From positions 1-58,287 of the forward strand of contig NHCC01000019.1 in assembly GCA_002168115.1 (NCBI GenBank): 58,287 nucleotides of DNA, read 5' to 3'. The position numbers and the translations under genes are program-made. This DNA comes from Rhodospirillaceae bacterium TMED23. Lineage in GTDB: Bacteria > Pseudomonadota > Alphaproteobacteria > Rhodospirillales > UBA2165. The notes beneath the pieces were generated by a model. That model did not search any database. It was not told the origin of the DNA and saw only the letters and a program-made list of their open reading frames with translations. Shown here one piece after another: positions 45,590-53,781 of the stretch (its first letter is position 1; every line of letters starts with the position of its first letter).

Positions 45590-46675
45590 TTATTTTACAA
45601 CGTATCGAACCGGCCATTTATAGCCTTGTTTCTCCGCCGCATCTAAAGTTGCATTTAGAATTGCTTTAGCTGGGTAGCCCTCTTTTTCCAACTGATTGGC
45701 ATATTTTTGTGGCCAATGAGCAAGTTTTTTAGCCCAATCTAAGCGAACACTAGCTGGTAAATCAGATACTGTAATGTTTTTACGAAGCCAATCAATATCC
45801 TTTTTGTAGCCAACTTTGTTAAATTCACCAACTTTCAATTCAAAACGTGCAGCTACCTCTTTAAATATTGGCTTAACTTCAGATGGAAGGCTATTCCAAA
45901 AGCGATTATTAACATTTAATGCATGCCAAGTAATGGAGCCAAAACCAATTGTTGTATAGTATTTCCCAACTTCATGAAGTTTAAATACTGGACCCCAAGC
46001 ACTAGGGAACATAATTCCACCTTCAGCGACGCCATTTTGTATTTTCTTATACCAACCAGGCAAACCGTCAGTTACAGCTATAATACCAACGCCCGCTTCC
46101 TTCATCCAATTTAAGTTGAGGCCAGCACCAAGAATTTTACGGCCCTTAAGATCTGAAACTTTTTTCCAAGGAAAATTAGTTCCGATGTTGTAGCCACCGT
46201 CACCAATGCGAGCCAACATTGTCTGATTAAATTTTTGGAAACGCTTCTCTAAGCTTGGAAATTGCTTGTATATAGATGCAGCAATCGCAACTGATTTTAC
46301 TGGATCCATGGTTCCAAAAGGTAACATAATTTGAAATGCATGCATTTTTAATTTTGAAGCCTCAAAACAAAAGCAAAATCCACCTACGTCAACGATTCCG
46401 TTTTGAATGCCTTCAAACGTATCAAAAACTTTAACTATAGATCCACTATAACCTTCAATAAACTTGATTTTATGGCTGGTTTTAGCTTCTACAGCTTTTT
46501 TTAATTCAGTCTGAAAATAGCTTTTCATTAGCCCTGCATAAACAACGGTAGGCGGATGCCCAGACGCAATTCGAACAGTAATATTCTTAGCATCTGCGGG
46601 TACCGCAACGGCTAGTGATCCCGCAACAAACCCTGCAGCAGCTAAACTCAATAGAGATTTTTTAAATAATTTCAT
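45590..46675 (-). CDS. dctP: TRAP transporter substrate-binding protein (DctP family)
   Basis: Start set at the ATG 46675 (MKLFKKSLLSLAAAGFVAGSLAVAVPADA, a signal peptide), preceded by GGGAGGT. The track ORF begins 18 codons upstream. Confidence 0.85.
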   Translation of the reverse strand: MKLFKKSLLSLAAAGFVAGSLAVAVPADAKNITVRIASGHPPTVVYAGLMKSYFQTELKKAVEAKTSHKIKFIEGYSGSIVKVFDTFEGIQNGIVDVGGFCFCFEASKLKMHAFQIMLPFGTMDPVKSVAIAASIYKQFPSLEKRFQKFNQTMLARIGDGGYNIGTNFPWKKVSDLKGRKILGAGLNLNWMKEAGVGIIAVTDGLPGWYKKIQNGVAEGGIMFPSAWGPVFKLHEVGKYYTTIGFGSITWHALNVNNRFWNSLPSEVKPIFKEVAARFELKVGEFNKVGYKKDIDWLRKNITVSDLPASVRLDWAKKLAHWPQKYANQLEKEGYPAKAILNATLDAAEKQGYKWPVRYVVK

Positions 46676-47005
46676 TAAATACCTCCCATAGGTATAGAAA
46701 AAAATAAAAAGTGGAAAACCACTTCCCACTAAAACACTATTTTGTTACCACATTTTTTTACTCTTATAAAAGACTTAATTTTATTTTTAAGGAAATTAGA
46801 AAAATCCAATATTAAACTTTTTTGATTGGATTATGAAATCTTTGATCGAAGAACCTTTTCAGTAGCTTTAAAATAAGTTATCCCATTATTGATTTAGAAG
46901 TTGATTGTCAAATATAGTGAATTAAGTTGGGACCTTTTATTCAACCGAAAACCCTATTGTTTATGAAAGAGGCCAATCGCTGAGTAATTCTAATTGGAGG
47001 GGATT

Positions 47006-47509
47006 ATGAATAAATTCGAGAGCATTTCTCAGGACCAGTTTAAAAACGGGATGAGAAAGTTGGCAGCAGCAGTAAACGTTATTACTGTCGAACATGAAGG
47101 GTTTAGAGATGGTTTAACAGCTACAGCCGTATGTTCGGTATCAGCTGAACCCCCTCAATTATTAATTTGTGTTAATTCTCAAACCCACGGGCATAAACTG
47201 ATACGTCAAAGCAAGTGTTTTGCGCTTAACATAATGGCACGTGACCAAGAAGAAATTGCTATGCGCTTTGCGGGAATGGATGGAACGGAGAGATCCCAGC
47301 GATTTGATAAAGGCTCATGGTCTAAAATAATCACGGGCGCGCCTTGCCTTAATGGCGCATTAGTTAATTTTGATTGCGAAGTAATTAATGAGATTGAGGC
47401 TGGGACCCATTCAATATTTATTGGCCACATTGTCGGAAGCAGAATATCTGGCGACGATAACGCACCCCTAATTTATGGAGAAGGAAAATTCACAGGACTG
47501 ATGAATTAG
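47006..47509 (+). CDS. Flavin reductase domain protein (HpaC/NtaB-like NAD(P)H:flavin oxidoreductase)
   Basis: MRKLAAAVNVITV, GLTATAVCSVSAEPPQLLICVN and FDKGSW. Start is at the ATG 47006, 5 nt after GGAGG. Confidence 0.85.
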   Translation: MNKFESISQDQFKNGMRKLAAAVNVITVEHEGFRDGLTATAVCSVSAEPPQLLICVNSQTHGHKLIRQSKCFALNIMARDQEEIAMRFAGMDGTERSQRFDKGSWSKIITGAPCLNGALVNFDCEVINEIEAGTHSIFIGHIVGSRISGDDNAPLIYGEGKFTGLMN

Positions 47510-47567
47510 GAAAAGAATTAACATTATATTTCCCACTTTAGAACAAAACTCAGATCACTAAAACGAA

Positions 47568-48017
47568 TTATTTTAGAACTAAACTTTGGAGAAGCTTTTT
47601 TAAAAGCCTTGACTCTTTTAAACCAATATTTTTTGCTATCCGAGAATCCATTTTACGAGCGTGGAGCAAAAGTGGAATAGCTTGCTTGATACCTGCACTC
47701 GTCAACTTTATATTCACCGAACGTCTATCCTCCGCCACAACATCGCGGTATAACCATCCTGACCGGACCATTGAATCCACAATTCGGCTTAGTGTTGGCT
47801 GCTTGATAATCATTAGGCCTGCAAGCTCATTTAGAGTTACACCTTCTTTGTTGGAAAGAGTAATTAATACCTTACACTCATTACGTGATAAGCCTTCAGC
47901 TAACGCTATTTCATCAATTTGCCTTGAGATTAGAGTAGATGCATGAGCCAGAAGATATGGCAAAAACTCATCAATTCCCATATCATTGGTTTTACGATTA
48001 TTGTTACCCAATACCAT
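47568..48017 (-). CDS. MarR-family transcriptional regulator
   Basis: The winged-HTH region reads LSRNECKVLITLSNKEGVTLNELAGLMIIKQPTLSRIVDSMVRSGWLYR...EDRRSV. Start set at the ATG 48017 (MVLGNN). Confidence 0.8.
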   Translation of the reverse strand: MVLGNNNRKTNDMGIDEFLPYLLAHASTLISRQIDEIALAEGLSRNECKVLITLSNKEGVTLNELAGLMIIKQPTLSRIVDSMVRSGWLYRDVVAEDRRSVNIKLTSAGIKQAIPLLLHARKMDSRIAKNIGLKESRLLKKLLQSLVLK

Positions 48018-48063
48018 TCTCTTTTCAAAATTAGAGGTTATACAGACGAGAAAAGCATAATTT

Positions 48064-48094
48064 ATATGTAAAAACAATATATGTATTTACATAT
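48064..48094. promoter_or_regulatory. Candidate MarR operator: three ATATGTA half-sites including a 7-2-7 perfect inverted repeat
   Basis: atatgta lies at 48064-48070. atatgta-tt-tacatat lies at 48079-48094. A tataat hexamer lies at 48107-48112. All are in the divergent region between the MarR gene and the NicX-like gene. Confidence 0.45.
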
Positions 48095-48201
48095 AAATTG
48101 TATCTGTATAATCTTAGAGAGAAAAACACCTTAAGAGTGAAATGTTGTGTATACTAGAAATCTGGTTAACCATATTAAACAAAAGACAGGGGTGATAAAC
48201 A

Positions 48202-49245
48202 ATGTTTGCAGATCGCATCGAAGCTAAATGGATTGATACTTTTGAGAAGGCTTTTGAACTTTGCAAAGTCCAAAAAGGAGAAGAGATTGCCATTCTCTCT
48301 GAAACACAGTCACGCGCTTTAAATGTTAACCTTGCTGAACTGGCCCTCTTAAGAATGGGCGCGCGGCCTTTTCATGTGGTTGTACCCACCCCACCTCAGG
48401 AAGCTCCGGTCCCCGTTAGATCAACTGGAGCCTCAAATTCAGTTCAACAATTAGGGCCAGCGGTAAAAGCATTAGCTGCCAGCGGTATGGTAGTTGATCT
48501 AACGGTCGATGGAATGCTACATGCCCCAGAATTACCAGATATAATAAAAGATGGAGCCCGATTTTTAATGATTTCGGATGAACATCCGGAAGCATTAGAG
48601 CGACTTTTGCCAGACCCTGAATTAACACCGAGGATCAAAGAGGCTGTAAAATTTACAAGATCTTCAAAACTAATGCATGTCACTTCAAGCGCAGGAACAG
48701 ATCTTCAAATAAAAATGGAGAAATCGCCGACCGTTGGAGTATGGGGTTACTGTGATAGACCCGGTACGGTTGCTCATTGGCCTGGTGGCATCATAGTGTC
48801 GTTTCCCCTCAAAGCTGCTGTAAACGGGAAATTAGTTATGGACACGGGCGATATTAACCTCACATTTAAGCGTTACCTCGAAAGTCCAATTGCGATGACG
48901 ATTAAGAATGACTTTATAACTGATATATCGGGTTGTGGCACTGACGCAAATATGTTTCGCCGCTACATGGAGGCTTGGGGAGACAAAAACGCTTACGGGA
49001 CTTCGCATGTAGGTTGGGGAATGAATGAAAGAGCACGTTACGAAGCACTTACATTTTACGATAAAAACGATACCAACGGGACAGAAATACGGGCTTATGC
49101 AGGTAATTTTTTATATTCAACAGGAGCCAATGAATTCGCAAAACGTTTTACCCTTGGTCATTTTGACCTACCTATTGGCAACTGTTCAATAAAAATCGAC
49201 GATACACTAGTAGTTGAAGAGGGCACCTTAACAGATGCGTTCTAA
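48202..49245 (+). CDS. NicX-like 2,5-dihydroxypyridine 5,6-dioxygenase family protein (aminopeptidase-T/M29 fold)
   Basis: HWPGGIIVSFP, LVMDTGDINLTFKRY, FITDISG, YGTSHVGWGMN, RAYAGNFLYSTGAN and LGHFDLPIGNCSIKIDD are colinear with P. putida NicX (HWPSGFLFTWP, LVLDVGDIILPFKNY, FITGIHG, YGISHIGWGLQ, RAFYGNFLFSTGPN, CHLDIPLRNCDIYLDD) from memory. Confidence 0.8.
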   Translation: MFADRIEAKWIDTFEKAFELCKVQKGEEIAILSETQSRALNVNLAELALLRMGARPFHVVVPTPPQEAPVPVRSTGASNSVQQLGPAVKALAASGMVVDLTVDGMLHAPELPDIIKDGARFLMISDEHPEALERLLPDPELTPRIKEAVKFTRSSKLMHVTSSAGTDLQIKMEKSPTVGVWGYCDRPGTVAHWPGGIIVSFPLKAAVNGKLVMDTGDINLTFKRYLESPIAMTIKNDFITDISGCGTDANMFRRYMEAWGDKNAYGTSHVGWGMNERARYEALTFYDKNDTNGTEIRAYAGNFLYSTGANEFAKRFTLGHFDLPIGNCSIKIDDTLVVEEGTLTDAF

Positions 49246-50024
49246 TGGAAAATAATATAAATTTTATTATAGAAGGCTCACCAAATAAAGAGCCTATAAT
49301 ATTTTTGCATGGCATAGGGGGAGATAGTCATTCTTGGGATTTCCAATTAGAATATTTTTCTAAAGAATATAGAGCGGTCGCATGGGATATGCCCGGATAT
49401 GGTAGTTCGAAATTACAAAAAGACATGACATTTGAATACCTGAGCGAGAGCTTGTTAACCATGATGGATAGATTAGAAATTGAAAAATGTCATTTAGTTG
49501 GACATTCAATGGGCGGTATGGTTGCGCAACAAGCAATTGCGGCAGACTCTAATAGATTTAAAAGTTTAATACTTTCCGCAACATCGCCAGCATTTGGCAA
49601 ACCTGACGGGGACTTTCAGAAAAAATTTATATCGGCAAGGTTAAAGCCTCTGGATGATGGATTGAGCATGGCTCGCCTTGCTAAAAAACAAGTGCCTACG
49701 ATGATAGGAGATGAGCCAAATTCTAAAGGCGTAGAGATTGCACTTAAATCAATGTCAAATTTGAGTAAGGAAACATACGTTGCTTCAATGCATTGCCTGG
49801 TCACTTTTGATAGACGTGATAATCTTGGCCTAATAAATCTTCCAACGCTTTTAATTGCTGGAGAAAAGGATAAAAATGCGCCCGCCCCAATGATGGAAAA
49901 AATGGGTACTAAAATATCTAATGCAGAGTATGTATGCATTCCAGGGGCCGGGCATCTTGCTAATATGGAAAGACCCGAACAATTTAATAATATTATTTAT
50001 AACTTTATTGCTAATATCAGTTAA
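49245..50024 (+). CDS. Alpha/beta-fold hydrolase (NicD-like deformylase candidate)
   Basis: IIFLHGIGGDSHSW, the nucleophile elbow GHSMGG and PGAGHLANME. The ATG overlaps the NicX-like stop (TAATG). Confidence 0.82.
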   Translation: MENNINFIIEGSPNKEPIIFLHGIGGDSHSWDFQLEYFSKEYRAVAWDMPGYGSSKLQKDMTFEYLSESLLTMMDRLEIEKCHLVGHSMGGMVAQQAIAADSNRFKSLILSATSPAFGKPDGDFQKKFISARLKPLDDGLSMARLAKKQVPTMIGDEPNSKGVEIALKSMSNLSKETYVASMHCLVTFDRRDNLGLINLPTLLIAGEKDKNAPAPMMEKMGTKISNAEYVCIPGAGHLANMERPEQFNNIIYNFIANIS

Positions 50025-50068
50025 GGAGAAAGACCATAGCTAATCAATCTTTTGAACTCGACAAACCA

Positions 50069-51292
50069 ATGTTTGAACCCAGCTCTTGGGGTTTGACAAA
50101 ACAACAAACCGAACTAACCACCTTGGCAAGAAAAATCGGGCAGGAGAAATTTGCTAAACGAGCAGAAAAATGGGACCGTGAAGCAATATTTCCAATGGTT
50201 AATTATAAAGATATGCACAAAGTTGGATTATTGGGCATTTGCATCCCAAAGAGATATAAAGGTTTAGGCGCTGATCAAAAAACCTATGCCCTTACAGCTG
50301 CTGAGATAGGACGTTATTGCGGTGCAACGGCTTTAACATACAATATGCATGTAAGTTCCTGCCTCTGGACTGGAACGCTAGTAGATGATTTACCCATGAG
50401 CGCTAAAGATAGGAAAGAACATAATCGAAGAAGAGCTGTTCATTATGAACGCATTTTAAAAAAAGGGGCTATTTACGCACAACCATTCTCGGAAGGCGGT
50501 GCAGCGGCAGCTGGTTTTAGACCATTTGGGACGATGGCAACGCGGAGTGATGGTGGCTGGATTATAAATGGGAAAAAGATATTTGCATCTTTATCTGGCT
50601 CAGCAAATTATTACGGAATCTTGTGTACAGAAGATAAAGAGAACTTAAGTAGAAGAGATACAATGTACCTCGCTGTGCCAGCTAAATCTAAAGGAGTTAG
50701 CATTGAAGGAGATTGGAATCCACTAGGAATGCGGGGAACTGTATCCAGAAATCTAATTTTTAAAGATGTTTTTGTTCCTGATGATGCAGCGTTGATGCCA
50801 AAAGGTATTTATTTTGAGGCCGCTATCAGATGGCCGCATATGTTTACCACGCTTACTCCAAGTTATATGGGAATAGCTCAGGCAGCCTACGATTTTACCA
50901 TCAAATATCTGCGAGGTGAGATAAAAGGCACCGCACCTGTGAAACGGAGAATGTATCCTACTAAACAACACGCTGTCGCGGAAATGCGTATAATGTTGGA
51001 ACAAACGAAGGCTATTTGGTTTCAAATGTTAAATGATGCCAAACCCAATCCAAATAAAGATGAAATTCTGCGTGCCTATTGTGCACAATACTCTGTAATG
51101 GAGAATTCTAACAAATTAGCTCAGCTTGCGATACGAACGTGTGGAGGCCAATCAATGCTCAAGTCGCTGCCTCTCGAGAGATTATATCGAGATAGCCGTT
51201 GCGGCAGCTTGATGTTGCCTTGGACCTCGGAGCTCTGCTTGGATAAACTGGGGAGAGAAAGCTTGTATGAAAGAGGTGAAGACGACAGCTAA
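50069..51292 (+). CDS. Acyl-CoA-dehydrogenase-fold flavoprotein lacking the canonical C-terminal catalytic Glu (possible group-D flavin monooxygenase)
   Basis: The ACAD N/M/C architecture is present. The C-terminal block reads ERLYRDSRCGSLMLPWTSE where MCAD-type enzymes have R..R.....YEGT.EI. It resembles the DszC-type SLHDPVSYK region. Confidence 0.8.
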   Translation: MFEPSSWGLTKQQTELTTLARKIGQEKFAKRAEKWDREAIFPMVNYKDMHKVGLLGICIPKRYKGLGADQKTYALTAAEIGRYCGATALTYNMHVSSCLWTGTLVDDLPMSAKDRKEHNRRRAVHYERILKKGAIYAQPFSEGGAAAAGFRPFGTMATRSDGGWIINGKKIFASLSGSANYYGILCTEDKENLSRRDTMYLAVPAKSKGVSIEGDWNPLGMRGTVSRNLIFKDVFVPDDAALMPKGIYFEAAIRWPHMFTTLTPSYMGIAQAAYDFTIKYLRGEIKGTAPVKRRMYPTKQHAVAEMRIMLEQTKAIWFQMLNDAKPNPNKDEILRAYCAQYSVMENSNKLAQLAIRTCGGQSMLKSLPLERLYRDSRCGSLMLPWTSELCLDKLGRESLYERGEDDS

Positions 51293-51314
51293 TTAGCAAG
51301 AGGGGATTAATATA

Positions 51315-52835
51315 TTGACAAACAATATATCTTTTTGGGTGGAAAAGAATGCTGCTTTCACGCCGAAAAAGGTTGCTATAAATTTTGAAGGAGATGCACT
51401 AACATACTCAGACTTTGCAATAAGGATTAGCAAACATGCGAGAACTTTAAAACATACGTATGGTGTAGGTAGAGGAGACAGAGTTTCATATTTGGGAATG
51501 AATCATCCCGATTTATTATATTTATTTTTTGCCTGTGCAAGACTAGGTGCAATATTCCTACCTTTAAATTGGAGGTTAGCGATACCAGAACACCTTTTTA
51601 TTTTAAAGGATGCATCTGTAAAAGTTTTATTTTGCGATCCTGAATTTGAAAACCATGCAAAATTGTTGGAAAAGGATTTACCAGATTGTGAATTTGTAGC
51701 AAGTAACTTTTCTTGTGACGAATGGAGTAATTTGCAAAACGAATTAGTATCCTCGGTGGGAGATGACAATAATCCTCATGTAAGCATGGCTACTCCCTTT
51801 TTACTTGTTTATACTTCCGGCACAACTGGACGACCAAAAGGTGCAGTTTTAACACAGGAAGGCATCCAAACAAATGCACACAATTCTGTTCATTATAGTG
51901 GAATGACATCTACAGATCATGTCCTCACAGCACTACCCATGTTTCACGTTGGTGGATTAAACATTCAAACAACGCCGGCATTTTATGTTGGAGCGACGGT
52001 TACCATCCATCGGCGATTTAATCCTGAAGATGTTTTAATGAGTATTAATAAGGACAAACCCTCGTTATTAGTTCTTGTCCCAGCGACTATTCAGGCCGTA
52101 ATAACGCAGCCAAAATGGTCAGAGACAAATTTGTCGAGCCTTCGTTTAGTAAATTCAGGATCTTCAATGGTACCAATGCACCACATAATGGCGTTCCATG
52201 ATCGTGGTATTCCAGTTGGGCAAGTATATGGATCCACGGAAACTGGGCCAGTAGCAATATATCAAAGGGTAGAAAATGCTTGGGCTAAGCCCGGATCAGC
52301 TGGCAAACCAGCAATGCATTGCGAAATGCGTATTGTGAACGATAAAAGCGAAGAAGTTCCAAAGGGTACTTCAGGTGAAATACTTCTGAAAGGCGGTAAT
52401 ATCTTATTTGAATACTGGGGCAATGAAATAGCAACTAAAGACTCAATTCGTGATGGTTGGTTTTATACTGGCGACATCGGTTATGAAGATGAAGATGGTG
52501 ATGTTTGGATTAATGACCGGAAAAAAGATGTTATAATTTCTGGTGGTGAAAATATCTACCCCGCTGAAATTGAAGCTTTTATTTTAGAAATGTCGGATGT
52601 CATTGATGCAGTTGTTGTTGGCAGAGAAGATAATAAGTGGGGAGAAGTTCCAGTAGCTGTTATTATAGTAGAAAATCATATTAGCTTAGAAAAAAATATT
52701 TTTCTTAACCGATTCCAAAATAATCTGGCTCGGTTTAAACATCCAAAAGATGTTATTTTTCTAAAAGAATTGCCGAGAAATGCCATGGGTAAAGTGCTAA
52801 AATACGAAGTAAGAAAACTCGTTAACGAGCAATAA
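51315..52835 (+). CDS. AMP-dependent synthetase/ligase (acyl/aryl-CoA ligase)
   Basis: LLVYTSGTTGRPKGAVLT (AMP-binding motif), YGSTETG, YTGDIGYEDEDG and NAMGKVLK. TTG start. Confidence 0.9.
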   Translation: MTNNISFWVEKNAAFTPKKVAINFEGDALTYSDFAIRISKHARTLKHTYGVGRGDRVSYLGMNHPDLLYLFFACARLGAIFLPLNWRLAIPEHLFILKDASVKVLFCDPEFENHAKLLEKDLPDCEFVASNFSCDEWSNLQNELVSSVGDDNNPHVSMATPFLLVYTSGTTGRPKGAVLTQEGIQTNAHNSVHYSGMTSTDHVLTALPMFHVGGLNIQTTPAFYVGATVTIHRRFNPEDVLMSINKDKPSLLVLVPATIQAVITQPKWSETNLSSLRLVNSGSSMVPMHHIMAFHDRGIPVGQVYGSTETGPVAIYQRVENAWAKPGSAGKPAMHCEMRIVNDKSEEVPKGTSGEILLKGGNILFEYWGNEIATKDSIRDGWFYTGDIGYEDEDGDVWINDRKKDVIISGGENIYPAEIEAFILEMSDVIDAVVVGREDNKWGEVPVAVIIVENHISLEKNIFLNRFQNNLARFKHPKDVIFLKELPRNAMGKVLKYEVRKLVNEQ

Positions 52836-52854
52836 TACAATTAGTGAAAATATC

Positions 52855-52907
52855 TTGCACATATTGCTAGTCAATACGATATATTATATCGTAAATTCTT
52901 TGTGCAA
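52855..52907. promoter_or_regulatory. Nested palindrome between CoA-ligase stop and CmcJ-like start
   Basis: The perfect 9-1-9 palindrome tacgatata-t-tatatcgta lies at 52875-52893. It is flanked by ttgcaca (52855-52861) and tgtgcaa (52901-52907). Confidence 0.45.
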
Positions 52908-52940
52908 ATTCTATATAAAAAAACATAAATAAGGAATTAT

Positions 52941-53759
52941 ATGAACGACAGGCCTTTAAATACAGTAGATGGTGAACTCCTTTATTGCGTAGATGACGGT
53001 ATCATGCCTGTAAATGAAACTTCAAACTCAATTACAAAAATACCTCAATATTCGGGAAATTTTGATCGCCACCTTGTCCGCATCAATAACGGACGCATGT
53101 GGAATAAACCTTTTAATATAGACGTTCATGGTTTTGAATTAATTACACATAAAACTAATGTAACAGATTTTATGAATACCAACACTCTAATCTCAGAGTA
53201 TTATTTGGAAATAGAGGGCGTTGTTAAGAAACATATCGGTGCGAAGAATATTCATATTTTTGACCATACTATTCGAACGGGAGACGATGAGAAGCGTAAA
53301 AAATTATTACTCCGAGAGCCAGTAAAACGTGTACATAATGATTATACAGATTGGTCCGGGCCACAACGTGTTCGCGATCTTTTACCTAAAGAAGCAGACA
53401 ACCTCTTATCTAAACGCTTTTCGATTATCCAAATATGGCGACCGTTACAAAGTATATTAGAAAAAGATCCTCTCGCAATATGTGATGCGCGTTCAATAAA
53501 AAATAATGACTTAATAATCGCTGAGAGAAGATATCCAGACCGAGTTGGTCAGACCTATCAAATTAAATTTAATAAAAATCATGAATGGTTCTACTTTCCA
53601 AAAATGACACGCGACGAGGCAATTATATTTAAAGTTTACGACTCCGAGACAGACGGACGCTCTAGATTCACACCCCATACTTCATTTGTTGACCCGAACT
53701 CGGACTTTAATAGCCCCGAACGCGAGAGTATTGAAGTTCGTATGCTTGCTTTTTATTAA
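52941..53759 (+). CDS. CmcJ/NvfI/AsaB-family non-heme oxygenase-like protein
   Basis: VKRVHNDYTDWSG, IIQIWRPL...DPLAICDARS and EWFYFPKMTRDEAIIFKVYDS match the H.D / N.WRP / W.y...M...E...FK.yDS blocks of this family as I remember them. Confidence 0.65.
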   Translation: MNDRPLNTVDGELLYCVDDGIMPVNETSNSITKIPQYSGNFDRHLVRINNGRMWNKPFNIDVHGFELITHKTNVTDFMNTNTLISEYYLEIEGVVKKHIGAKNIHIFDHTIRTGDDEKRKKLLLREPVKRVHNDYTDWSGPQRVRDLLPKEADNLLSKRFSIIQIWRPLQSILEKDPLAICDARSIKNNDLIIAERRYPDRVGQTYQIKFNKNHEWFYFPKMTRDEAIIFKVYDSETDGRSRFTPHTSFVDPNSDFNSPERESIEVRMLAFY

Positions 53760-53781
53760 AAAAATACTTTTAAAATAATGG

